Shown piece after piece: positions 24,237 through 34,636 of a DNA stretch of 64,000 nt; positions within the stretch are counted from its first letter, which is position 1, and every line of letters starts with the position of its first letter. The position numbers were made by a program, and so were the translations under genes. The DNA comes from an uncultured Rivularia sp. (lineage in GTDB: Bacteria > Cyanobacteriota > Cyanobacteriia > Cyanobacteriales > Nostocaceae). Location: the NCBI GenBank assembly GCA_963665115.1, contig OY762007.1, positions 5,792,001-5,856,000 of the forward strand. The letters are read 5' to 3'. The notes under the pieces are model-generated. The model was not told the DNA's origin. It saw only the letters and a list, made by a program, of their open reading frames with translations, and did no database searches.

Positions 24237-24710
24237 TTACCGACAAGCCTTCAACCGATCTTTCTCACCAATCAAATATTCCGGCACCCAGAACTTATCA
24301 ATATTCATCACAATCGCTACGGGTGCAAAAGTATCGAATTCTTTTCCCGATAAATGTTGCGGTGGTAACAAACCAAAAAATTCATTATATACCGTCACCT
24401 CAGTAATAATCTCATCAAATTCCGCTTCCATCTCATCAACCAAAACACAGTGGATTCCCCCATCATCTTCGTAATATTCTTCCTCATAGGGTTCCCAGAT
24501 AGGAGGTATAAGTTCGTGTTCCAAATATTCCAGACGTTCAAATTCCTTAACGGGGATTATCGCCGCAACATCTTCCCCAGTTTGCTGTAAAACGATACGT
24601 CTTCCCGCTAAAACTACTGTTTTCAAGGCTTCTAGCAAATTGCCTCTAACTTCCTCAATACTTGAACGAATAAAGCCTTCATCTTGATTAACGTACTCTT
24701 TTATCATCAT
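24237..24710 (-). CDS. Phd/YefM-like antitoxin-fold protein
   Basis: IEEVRGNLLEALKTV...RIVLQQTGEDVAAIIPVKEFERL matches the Phd/YefM pattern. Confidence 0.6.
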   Translation of the reverse strand: MMIKEYVNQDEGFIRSSIEEVRGNLLEALKTVVLAGRRIVLQQTGEDVAAIIPVKEFERLEYLEHELIPPIWEPYEEEYYEDDGGIHCVLVDEMEAEFDEIITEVTVYNEFFGLLPPQHLSGKEFDTFAPVAIVMNIDKFWVPEYLIGEKDRLKACR

Positions 24711-24802
24711 AAATGTAATCCAAACGTAATCTAATAGGTCATTTAGTCTAGAAATCCGGGAAAATAATAAATTAAGGCTAACCTAAATTTTTCTTGAATT
24801 TT

Positions 24803-27800
24803 ATGGCGAACTCATTTTTGCAACATATCCAAAGCCCCAAACGCCCTGTTGTGGTGTTTGATGGCGCTATGGGAACCAATTTACAGGTACAGGAACTCAC
24901 TGCTGATGATTTTGGCGGTGCGGAGTACGAAGGTTGTAACGAATATCTCGTTCACACCAAGCCCGAAGCTGTAGCGACGGTTCACCGTGGTTTCTTGGCT
25001 GCTGGTGCGGATGTAGTTGAAACCGATACCTTCGGCGGTACGTCAATTGTACTTGCCGAATATGACTTGGCAGACCAAGCTTATTACCTGAATAAAGCTG
25101 CTGCGGAATTAGCGAAGAAAGTTGCGGAGGAATTTTCGACACCAGAAAAACCCCGCTTTGTTGGTGGTTCGATGGGTCCTGGTACAAAGCTACCAACTTT
25201 GGGACATATTGACTTCGACACCTTGAAAAATGCTTATGTCGAACAAGCAGAAGCGTTGTGGGATGGTGGAGTTGATTTATTCATCGTCGAAACTTGTCAG
25301 GATGTGTTGCAAATTAAAGCAGCGCTGAATGCAATTGAAGAAGTTTTCGAGAAGAAGGGAGAAAGACGCGCTCTGATGGTTTCCGTAACTATGGAAACTA
25401 TGGGTACAATGCTCGTCGGTACCGAAATCGCTGCGGTGGTGACAATTTTAGAACCCTACAAAATTGATATTTTGGGGTTAAACTGCGCTACCGGGCCAGA
25501 TTTGATGAAGCCGCATATCAAGTATTTGTCGGAACATTCACCATTTATTGTTTCCTGCGTACCAAATGCGGGTTTACCAGAAAACGTCGGCGGACAAGCG
25601 CATTATAAATTAACTCCAGTAGAGTTAAAGATGCACTTGATGCATTTCATCGAAGACTTAGGTGTCCAAGTGATCGGGGGTTGCTGTGGGACACGTCCCA
25701 GGTCATATTGAAGCTTTGGCAGAAATTGCTAAGGATTTGACACCGAAAGATAGAAAACCGCAAACTGAACCGGCTGCGGCTTCGATTTACGGTACTCAAC
25801 CATACGATCAAGATAATTCCTTCTTAATTATCGGCGAACGTCTCAACGCTAGCGGCTCCAAGAAGTGCCGTACCATGTTGAACGATGAAGACTGGGACGG
25901 ATTGGTGTCTTTGGGACGTTCTCAAGTCAAAGAAGGCGCACACGTACTTGACGTAAACGTTGATTATGTAGGACGCGACGGCGTGCGTGATATGCACGAG
26001 CTAGTCTCGCGTTTGGTGAATAATATTACCTTACCTTTAGTACTTGACTCCACCGAATGGGAAAAAATGGAGTCCGGTTTAAAAGTTGCTGGTGGTAAAT
26101 GTTTGCTTAATTCCACCAACTACGAAGACGGCGAAGAGCGGTTTTTGAAAGTTTTGGAATTGGCAAGAACTTACGGTGCTGGTGTCGTAATTGGTACCAT
26201 CGATGAAGATGGGATGGCGCGAACGGCTGATAAGAAATTTGAAATTGCTCAACGTGCTTATCGTCAAGCATTAGAATACGGTATCCCCGCTCATGAAATC
26301 TTCTTTGATAGTCTAGCGCTACCGATTTCAACCGGAATTGAAGAAGATAGAGCCAACGGTAAAGCAACTGTCGAATCAATCCGTCGGATTCGTCAAGAAT
26401 TACCGGGATGTCACGTTGTCTTGGGTGTTTCCAACGTTTCCTTCGGTTTAAATCCCGCAGCACGGATAGTTTTAAACTCGATGTTCCTGCACGAAGCAAT
26501 GCAAGCCGGAATGGATGCGGCTATTGTTAGCGCCAGCAAGATTTTACCGCTTTCTAAAATTGAACCAGAACACCAAAAAATCTGCCTTGACTTAATTTAC
26601 GACAACCGTAAATTCGACGGCGATATCTGCGTTTACGACCCCTTGGGCGAATTAACAACAATGTTTGAAGGGGTTAGCGCCAAACGCGATAAAGGCGTTG
26701 ACGTTAGTTTACCAATTGAAGAACGGTTAAAACAGCACGTAATTGACGGCGAAAGAATTGGTTTAGAAGATGCTTTAAAAGAAGCAATGGAGAAATATCC
26801 GCCGTTGGATATCGTCAACATCTACTTATTAGATGGAATGAAAGTAGTAGGTGAATTGTTCGGTTCCGGACAAATGCAGCTACCTTTCGTATTGCAATCA
26901 GCCGAAACCATGAAAGCAGCGGTTGCGTTTTTAGAACCGCACATGGAAAAATCGGAAGGTGAAGTAGATAATGCCAAAGGAACCTTTGTTATTGCTACCG
27001 TAAAAGGTGACGTTCACGACATTGGTAAAAACCTAGTGGACATTATTTTATCCAATAACGGTTATCGGGTGATTAATCTGGGAATTAAACAACCAGTAGA
27101 AAACATTATCCAAGCCTACGAAGAACATAAACCCGACTGTATCGCCATGAGCGGTTTATTAGTGAAATCAACGGCGTTTATGAAGGATAATCTACAAACC
27201 TTTAATGAAAAAGGAATCACCGTTCCCGTAATTTTGGGTGGTGCAGCTTTAACCCCCAAATTCGTTTATGACGATTGCCAAAACACCTATCAAGGTAAAG
27301 TAATTTACGGTAAAGATGCATTTTCCGACTTGAATTTCATGGAAAAATTAATGCCAGCTAAAACTGGTAATGATTGGGATGATTTCAAAGGTTTCTTAGG
27401 TGAATTTGCAGAAGCAGAAGTATCTCAAAACGGAAACGGACATAAAGCAGCAGAAGAAAAAGCTGTAGAAGACAAACCCGAAGAACCAAAAATCATTGAC
27501 ACCAAACGTTCCGAAGCAGTCGAAATCGAGACCGAACGTCCCACACCACCATTCTGGGGAACCAAATTATTACAAGGAGAAGATATTCCCCTCGAAGAAC
27601 TATTTTGGTACTTGGATTTACAAGCATTAATCGCCGGACAATGGCAATTTAGAAAACCCAAAGACCAGACAAAAGAAGAATATCAGGCTTTCTTAGCAGA
27701 GAAAGTGCATCCAATTCTAGAAACCTGGAAAAAACGGGTAGTAGAAGAAAACTTGTTGCATCCGCAAGTAATTTACGGTTATTTTCCTACTCAATCCGAA

Positions 27801-28340
27801 GGAAATACACTGCATATCTACGACTCCGAAAACCATTCCCAAAAAGTTACAGAATTTGAATTTCCCCGTCAAAAATCGATGCGTCGTCTGTGTATAGCAG
27901 ACTTCTTTGCTCCCAAAGAAACCGGAGTAATTGATGTCTTCCCCATGCAAGCCGTGACGGTAGGTGAAATAGCTACCGAATTTGCTCAAAAGTTATTTTC
28001 CAATAACGAATACACAGATTATCTGTACTTCCACGGAATAGCAGTGCAAATGGCAGAAGCCCTCGCCGAATGGACGCACGCCCGAATCCGCCGCGAATTA
28101 GGCTTTGCAGACGAAGATCCCGATAACATTCGGGATATGTTAGCGCAAAGGTATCGCGGCTCGCGCTATAGCTTTGGATACCCAGCTTGTCCGAATATTC
28201 CAGACCAGTACAAGCAGTTGGACTTGTTGAAAACTGACAGAATTAATTTGTTTATGGACGAAAGTGAGCAGATTTATCCCGAGCAAAGTACGACAGCGAT
28301 AATTACTTATCATCCCGTAGCTAAATACTTTAGCGCTTAA
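24803..28340 (+). CDS. metH: Cobalamin-dependent methionine synthase; +1 frameshift at ~25697-25699
   Basis: FDGAMGT, GLNC and GGCCGT (homocysteine domain), IGERLN (pterin domain), GDVHDIGKN (B12 site) and [10 protein letters not shown]. Deleting one C gives GTRPGHIEAL. Confidence 0.97.
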
Positions 28341-28346
28341 TTCAAA

Positions 28347-28427
28347 CTCCCCTCTCCTTAATAAGAAGTTGGGCTGGGGTAAGTAAGCTCCCCTCTCCTT
28401 AATAAGGAGAGGGGTTGGGGGTGAGGT
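28347..28427 (+). repeat. Two tandem palindromic repeats (first degenerate), CTCCCCTCTCCTTAATAAGGAGAGGGGTTGGGGGTGAGGT
   Basis: Perfect 12-bp arms at 28390-28401 and 28403-28414; a degenerate copy starts at 28347. Confidence 0.9.
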
Positions 28428-28509
28428 AATTTAACGGATGTCAAAAACCAATCAATGTAATTAGGCTGATATTAAATAAAAACACATTAATATCAACCTA
28501 ATTATCAAA

Positions 28510-28878
28510 ATGACGAAAATTTATAACAAAAAGTCAGAAAAAGAAAAACGGCGATCGCTACGTCAAAATATAGTAAAAGCCGAAAAAATAATTTGGGAAA
28601 AAATAAGAAATAGACAAATAGAAGATTGTAAATTCCGCAGACAATATAGTGTCGATAAATTTGTCATTGATTTTTACAATCCTATATTAAAGCTAGCAAT
28701 AGAAATCGATGGTGAAAGTCATTTTTACGATGGTGCTGCTGAATATGATAGAGAAAGACAAAGTTATATCGAATCGTTAGGAATTAAATTTATTAGGTTT
28801 ACTAATAATGATGTTTATCACAATTTGGATGGTGTTTTAGAAAGTATTGCGTTGAAGGTGAGAGAATTGAGGGGTTGA
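28510..28878 (+). CDS. DUF559 / Vsr-like PD-(D/E)xK endonuclease domain protein
   Basis: LRQN..KAE..IW..IRNRQ...KFRRQ, IDFY, LAIEIDGESH, YDRERQ and IRFTNNDV motifs. Confidence 0.92.
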   Translation: MTKIYNKKSEKEKRRSLRQNIVKAEKIIWEKIRNRQIEDCKFRRQYSVDKFVIDFYNPILKLAIEIDGESHFYDGAAEYDRERQSYIESLGIKFIRFTNNDVYHNLDGVLESIALKVRELRG

Positions 28879-28905
28879 GGTTATCTGTTAGAATTCAAAG
28901 GGAAA

Positions 28906-28945
28906 ACCTCACCCCTAACCCCTCTCCTTATTAAGGAGAAGGGAA
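28906..28945 (-). repeat. Inverted copy of the 28388-28427 palindromic repeat
   Basis: ACCTCACCCCTAACCCCTCTCCTTATTAAGGAGAAGGGAA. Confidence 0.9.
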
Positions 28946-29284
28946 CTTGTAAAATGGTAAACCTAGAGCATTTTCGCCAATCAATTCAAACAATTTTAAC
29001 TGATAAGATTTTGCAAAATTTTGGGGATATATTAGTTTTCTTTTTTCTAACTGCAATTCGTTTAGAAATATATGAACATCTTCAAGATTAAATTTAGTTT
29101 TTAGACTATACCCACATTCTTCAAGATACGCTTCTTCTTCACTAGAATTTTCCAATCCACTAACTTCAAAATCCCAAGTTTGAGAATGGTAAAGAGATTT
29201 CGCATCAATTAACTCTCCTTCGTCATAAACTTCTATGTAATTTTGAGAATAAAACAGCTTCATTTTCTGAATGAAGTTATTCAT
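28931..29284 (-). CDS. Hypothetical protein
   Basis: 117-aa ATG-initiated ORF filling the gap; no recognised motif. Confidence 0.6.
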   Translation of the reverse strand: MNNFIQKMKLFYSQNYIEVYDEGELIDAKSLYHSQTWDFEVSGLENSSEEEAYLEECGYSLKTKFNLEDVHIFLNELQLEKRKLIYPQNFAKSYQLKLFELIGENALGLPFYKFPSP

Positions 29285-29377
29285 GGTAGATTTTTATTTA
29301 CAGCTTAGTATCTTTAATTAATATTCCCAGTTTTTATCCATCATTATCTAAGTATACAAATATTCATTCCACCTTCA

Positions 29378-30199
29378 ATGACCAACCCAAAACCAAAAAA
29401 CCTTTTAATAATCAACCTTTTCAAAAAAATGCTTTTATCCCTAATCCTTATCTACCTAACCTTCGCTATCGTCATCTACTTCCAAGTAGAAAAACTAATC
29501 TTCCTTCCCCCACCTTCCACCTATCAAGATACTGACGAAATAATCAAACTAACCAGCGAAGATGGAACCAAACTTTCCGCAATTCACCTATCAAATTCCA
29601 ACGCTAAATACACAATCCTCTACGCTCATGGGAACGCATCTGATTTAGGTATGATTAAACCCAAATTAGAACAATTACAAGATATTGGTTTCAGCGTTTT
29701 AGCTTACGATTATCGCGGTTATGGAACTAGCGAAGGAAAACCATCAGAAAAAAATGCTTATAAAGATATCGATACCGCTTACAATTATTTAACCCAAGAA
29801 TTAAAAATACTACCCCAACAAATCATACCTTTTGGACGTTCTGTTGGGGGAGGTTCGGCAATCGATTTAGCTGCAAGAAAACCTGTTGCTGGTTTAATTG
29901 CCGAAAGCACTTTTACTTCTATATTTAAAGTTAAAGTACCGATCAAAATTTTACCTTTCGATAAATTTCCTAATTTAGCAAAAATTTCCCAAGTAAAATG
30001 TCCAGTATTAATAATGCATGGGAAACTCGATGAAGTAGTTCCCTTTTATCACAGCGAACAATTATTAAAAAAAGCTCCTTCACCAAAACTATCCTTATGG
30101 CTAGAAGACGCTAAACATAATAATTTATCCTATGTAGCTGGGGAAAGATATACAAAAATTTTAAAAGAATTTATCGAACTAGTTGATAATAATTCATAG
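29378..30199 (+). CDS. Alpha/beta hydrolase (ABHD17-like) with N-terminal membrane anchor
   Basis: HGNASD, YDYRGYG, nucleophile elbow GRSVG, HGKLDEVVP and KHNN. Confidence 0.9.
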   Translation: MTNPKPKNLLIINLFKKMLLSLILIYLTFAIVIYFQVEKLIFLPPPSTYQDTDEIIKLTSEDGTKLSAIHLSNSNAKYTILYAHGNASDLGMIKPKLEQLQDIGFSVLAYDYRGYGTSEGKPSEKNAYKDIDTAYNYLTQELKILPQQIIPFGRSVGGGSAIDLAARKPVAGLIAESTFTSIFKVKVPIKILPFDKFPNLAKISQVKCPVLIMHGKLDEVVPFYHSEQLLKKAPSPKLSLWLEDAKHNNLSYVAGERYTKILKEFIELVDNNS

Positions 30200-30255
30200 T
30201 ATTCTTGTGGCATGGACATCCCTGCCCGTCCGAATTATATTTTATATTAATATTT

Positions 30256-31077
30256 ATGCCAGAAGGACCCGAAATTAAACAAGCAGCCGACAAAATCAAA
30301 GCCGCTATTATTCATTCTCCAGTAGAAGAAATCTTCTTTGCTTTTGAACGTCTCAAACCCTATGAATCACAATTAAAGCACCGCCGCATCACAACTGTAG
30401 ACACAAAAGGAAAAGCGATGTTGATTCGCTTCGATAACGAACTTACTATTTACAGTCACAATCAACTTTACGGTAAATGGATGATACGTAAAGCTTACGA
30501 TTATCCCAAAACCAACCGCCAGCTACGTTTAGCAATTCACAATCATCAAAATTCAGCATTATTATATAGCGCTTCCGATATAGAAGTTTTAGATACAGAC
30601 GAATTAGCACTTCATCCCTTTCTTAATCGTCTTGGTCCTGATATCTTAGATCAAACACTTAATACAGAACAAATAATTGATAGATTACAAGATAAAAAAT
30701 TTTCTAAAAAACGTTTTTCTACCTTATTTCTAGACCAAAGTTTTCTTGCTGGTAATGGTAATTATTTACGTAGCGAAGTTTTATTTGTCGCAAGAGTACA
30801 TCCCAATTTACGTCCCATAGATTGCAATAATAAGCAATTACATCAACTTGCCGATGCAGCGCTTACTATTCCTACACAATCTTATCAAACTAAAGGTATT
30901 ACTAATAATCTAGAATTAGTCGAGGAATTGAAAGCAAAAGGATACAAACGGCAGGAATACCGTCATTGGGTATTTGGACGCGAATCAAAACCTTGCTTTA
31001 TTTGCAATACTTCTATTATTAAAGATATTACAGGTGGAAGGCGATATTATTATTGTCCGCAATGTCAAAAACAATAA
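30256..31077 (+). CDS. nei: Endonuclease VIII (Fpg/Nei DNA glycosylase)
   Basis: N-terminal MPEGPE, H2TH motif LAGNGNYLRSE, and C4 zinc finger CFIC...CPQC. Confidence 0.93.
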   Translation: MPEGPEIKQAADKIKAAIIHSPVEEIFFAFERLKPYESQLKHRRITTVDTKGKAMLIRFDNELTIYSHNQLYGKWMIRKAYDYPKTNRQLRLAIHNHQNSALLYSASDIEVLDTDELALHPFLNRLGPDILDQTLNTEQIIDRLQDKKFSKKRFSTLFLDQSFLAGNGNYLRSEVLFVARVHPNLRPIDCNNKQLHQLADAALTIPTQSYQTKGITNNLELVEELKAKGYKRQEYRHWVFGRESKPCFICNTSIIKDITGGRRYYYCPQCQKQ

Positions 31078-31665
31078 TCATTCCATTCAATCTTGAATTA
31101 TTGTTACAGGCTTTAATAAATATGACATTGCTTACAAACCAGATTTATAAATACTATCGAATATGTCTTTGTTTAAATTTACCGACATAGCAAGTGAATC
31201 AGTTTAATTCTGAGTATTGCGATAAAAAGATAAATATCTTTAGCAGAAATAGCCCTTCAAGCGACCTTTGGCAATAACGTCATTATTAAGTTATTGGAAA
31301 AAACTCAATTGTTCCCTGTTTACAAATATGTAATATTAAACAATAGTAGAGCCTCATTTATAAGTTAACTTTTGTTAAATCAAGTAATTTAAATATAGAT
31401 TAATAAAAGTTGTAAACTGCTCCTCCGTTAATTCGTAGTATTAACAACAAAAAACGAATTATAAATTAACAAGTTTGTCCAAAATCTCATTTTTAGTTCT
31501 AAAATTGACCTATAGAATAGTAAATTCTTAAAATATATCAAGTAATAACTCAATATATTAAGTTTTTTATAACACTTGTGTCGGGATGTACGTTAATACC
31601 GGACGTTGCTGTTTAAATTGTGTATCCTGAAAACAACTAATCAAATTTTCATGAAATAGAGGTCT

Positions 31666-31902
31666 ATGACTCCTAAAATTATGCGTCAAGTTTGGTCTGT
31701 AGTTGAAGAAACACAAACCAAGACATTGTTACACATGGATGATGCAAGCTTGGTTCAATTGTTGGTAAAACAAACTTCAAACCAAGCATTGCTAGATTGT
31801 CACGAAGCCGATTTTCTTTGCGATTACATTCAATCCCGACTTCCCCTTATCCGCGATATAGCCCATGAACGCCAATACAATCTACAATCAACGTATAATT
31901 GA
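31666..31902 (+). CDS. Conserved cyanobacterial hypothetical protein
   Basis: RBS GAGG before the ATG; MTPKIMRQVWSVVE...YIQSRLPLIRDIA is a recurrent cyanobacterial family. Confidence 0.8.
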   Translation: MTPKIMRQVWSVVEETQTKTLLHMDDASLVQLLVKQTSNQALLDCHEADFLCDYIQSRLPLIRDIAHERQYNLQSTYN

Positions 31903-32006
31903 CGAACAAGTCGTTAAAACATTATTGTTCCTCAGTCAAAAGCAAGAGCATATAACTTTTCACAAACAGCTCGCGCTACAAAATATAGATATTTACGCTT
32001 TGCCCC

Positions 32007-33185
32007 TTAGTAAGGTAGATATCCTTCCACCAAACAATCAGAACCTACAATTCTCATCTCTACACGTTCCAAAGACAGCGCTTGAGTCATTGTAGTAAAA
32101 CCTAAATCTCCTACTGGTGTGGGAGCATTACTCCCACCAATAATTTTTGGGGCTATAAATGCTAATACTTTTTGTACTGCTCCGCTGGCGATCGCACTTG
32201 CTGCTAAAACTCCTCCACATTCCCACAGCACGTTACAAAAGCCTAAGTCATATAGATAAGCCATTGCTTTGTCGGGTGTAAGTGGTGATAATTCGACCAC
32301 TTCTACGCCTTGCTTTCGTAAATTTTCTTGTACATCTGGATTCGCTCCAGCTTCAGTTAATACAAGGGTAGGTGATTCTTGGGTTTGCCACAAATGTGCT
32401 TCTGTAGGTAAGTTTAGAGTGCGACTCATAACAACTCGTAAGGGATTGTGCGCTCCTGCCAAACGGGAAGTTAAGCGGGGATTATCTTGACGTACTGTAT
32501 TACCCCCAACAACAACAGCATCGCATCCAGCCCGTAATTCTTTCACTACACTGCGAGCATCTTCATTTGTTACCCAAGCACTATGGCCAGTTGTAGTCGC
32601 AATTTTACCATCTAAAGTCATAGCGTATTTCAAAATACCTAAAGGCTTTTTATAAAGAATCCGATGAATAAATCCTTCATTTAACTTACGACAAGCTTCT
32701 TCTTCAACTCCCGAAACTACTTCTATTCCAGCTTTTTGCAAACGCCTAATTCCACCACCTGCAACTAAAGGATTTGGATCTACCATACCCACCACAACTT
32801 TTGCCAATCCTGCGGCTACTACAGCCTCCGAGCAGGGGGGAGTACGTCCGTGATGATTGCAAGGTTCTAAACTGACGTAAATAGTTGCTCCGCGAGCATT
32901 TTCCCCCGCAGCTTTGAGTGCAAAAACTTCCGCATGAGGTTCTCCAGCGCGAGGATGAAAACCTTCCCCAATAATTTCGCCATCTTTGACAATTACTGCT
33001 CCTACCATCGGATTTGGTGAAGTACATCCCAAAGCACGACGAGCCAGTTCTAAACAGCGCTGCATCATCGTTCTGTCAAAATCGCTTCCTATCGCATTAT
33101 CATCGTTTGAACCTGCTTCCACTTTTTCCTTGTTGATATTAGAACCTAATTTATCTGGACTATGTAAGCCTGGAGAATTATTCAT
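32007..33185 (-). CDS. ribD: Riboflavin biosynthesis deaminase/reductase RibD
   Basis: PNPMVGAV, HAE, LEPCNHHGRTPPC and KYAMTLDGKIA motifs. Confidence 0.96.
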   Translation of the reverse strand: MNNSPGLHSPDKLGSNINKEKVEAGSNDDNAIGSDFDRTMMQRCLELARRALGCTSPNPMVGAVIVKDGEIIGEGFHPRAGEPHAEVFALKAAGENARGATIYVSLEPCNHHGRTPPCSEAVVAAGLAKVVVGMVDPNPLVAGGGIRRLQKAGIEVVSGVEEEACRKLNEGFIHRILYKKPLGILKYAMTLDGKIATTTGHSAWVTNEDARSVVKELRAGCDAVVVGGNTVRQDNPRLTSRLAGAHNPLRVVMSRTLNLPTEAHLWQTQESPTLVLTEAGANPDVQENLRKQGVEVVELSPLTPDKAMAYLYDLGFCNVLWECGGVLAASAIASGAVQKVLAFIAPKIIGGSNAPTPVGDLGFTTMTQALSLERVEMRIVGSDCLVEGYLPY

Positions 33186-33358
33186 AACACGAGGGAACTT
33201 AGATGAGTATTTTTGTGTGAATAGATTTCACTTGACTTCTTGCATCCATATTGCCAGAGCCAGGATAATAAATTCCAAAAAAAATTAAGGAGGAAGCAAT
33301 CAAGCAGCCGTAACTGCGATTCCTTCCTCCTTTGGGAGATGAGTGGGGGAGATGGTAA

Positions 33359-33533
33359 GCCACTGCGTTGGGCGGTGAAACACTTGCGGTGGACGGGTTC
33401 CCCGGCATAAGCAAAGTGTTGAACCCGGAGGGGTTCCCAAGGCAGCGCGTTGCGGAGGTTCCCTCCGTTGTAGCGACTGCCGCCGACTTGTAGCAAGTGG
33501 CGCAACCCGTTCACCGGAGGTGTTCCCGAAGGG
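33359..33533. mobile_element. Nested array of ~42-nt structured small dispersed repeats
   Basis: Three related units with a GGTTCCC core, two of them inserted inside the third. Confidence 0.75.
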
Positions 33534-33584
33534 TAGGGGGAGACAAGGGGACAAGGAGATGGGGAGAAATAAATTCCTTATTTG

Positions 33585-33720
33585 CTACTCACTACTCACT
33601 ACTCACTACTCGCTACTCACTACTCGCTACTCACTACTCACTACTCACTACTCACTACTTACTACTCGCTACTTACTACTCACTACTCAATACTCACTCC
33701 TAACTCCTAACTCCTAACTC
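33585..33720. repeat. STRR heptamer array (CTACTCA)n then (CTCCTAA)n
   Basis: Visible tandem 7-mers. Confidence 0.92.
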
Positions 33721-33723
33721 TTT

Positions 33724-34410
33724 TCAGCTAGATTGTTCGGCTAATTTCAACTGCTGCCACCAACGATTTAAAGGATAATAAACCACAGGTGCCCAAAGAC
33801 TGCTGAGAATAGCGGAAGCTAAAGTCACCTTTTTGTAATATGCCCAAATCACATCTGAGCTAGCGGTACCCGCAGCAATTAACTGCAAAGCAAAAATTGT
33901 ATCCGATAACATAGCCATCACGAAAACGATTAAGGCAATAGAAATAAAATCTTCTTGGATGAAACGCTGTTTCTGAAATAAACCGATTAAAAAACCCACA
34001 ATACCTAAACTGATGGCATGAGTTGGCTGGGGTGATGTCATTGCATCTTGAAGCAAACCTAAAACGATACCAGCGAAAGCACCTTGAAAAGCCGAACGCT
34101 TGACACTCCAAACCACAACCCAAATTAATAGCCAGTTAGCTCCAATGCCCAATAATTCCATGCCGGGGAAACGATTGGGTAACAGAAATAAACATAACAA
34201 TACAGAAGCGGCGATTATTCCCCAATCGGTAATTTTACGTAAGCGGGGATGCCAGCGAGAAAGGGGTTTGATGCCCTTTTTAGGTTTTTTCGGTCGTCGG
34301 GATGGGGGTAGCCCGGAAGCTTGTTTTTTGTTCTCTCTCGAAAGTCTGGATGGGGGTAATCCGGAAGTTTGTTTCTTCTTCTGTCTCTCCCGAAATTTGG
34401 GAATTTTCAT
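33724..34410 (-). CDS. mreD: Rod shape-determining protein MreD
   Basis: Hydrophobic protein with NWLLIWVVVWS and GLLQDAMT, third gene after mreB and mreC. Confidence 0.92.
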   Translation of the reverse strand: MKIPKFRERQKKKQTSGLPPSRLSRENKKQASGLPPSRRPKKPKKGIKPLSRWHPRLRKITDWGIIAASVLLCLFLLPNRFPGMELLGIGANWLLIWVVVWSVKRSAFQGAFAGIVLGLLQDAMTSPQPTHAISLGIVGFLIGLFQKQRFIQEDFISIALIVFVMAMLSDTIFALQLIAAGTASSDVIWAYYKKVTLASAILSSLWAPVVYYPLNRWWQQLKLAEQSS

Positions 34411-34585
34411 TTCCTTGTAGCCTTTCTGCCAATTCAATTTTAGATTTCTGACAACTGGATAATGTATTCTTCTTTTGATCAAAAGAAAAAGTTTACAGAT
34501 TTTTGATTTCAGATATTAAATTCAGATTTTAGGATTCAAGGATTTTAGATTATCGCCCCCAACTTTCATTTAGAAGCAAGATTTT

Positions 34586-34616
34586 AATCTAAAATCTAAA
34601 ATCTAAAATCTAAAAT
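34586..34616. repeat. STRR heptamer (AATCTAA)n
   Basis: Four tandem copies between mreC and mreD. Confidence 0.8.
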
Positions 34617-34636
34617 ACCTAGATTTTTTAGTTAAA

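Noticed and set aside
24711..24802. Cobalamin or SAM riboswitch upstream of metH
   Set aside because: Only ~90 bp of AT-rich sequence with no recognisable aptamer motifs.
33182..33717. Five overlapping ORFs between ribD and mreD
   Set aside because: They are translations of nested repeats and heptamer arrays (for example LLTTHYS runs).
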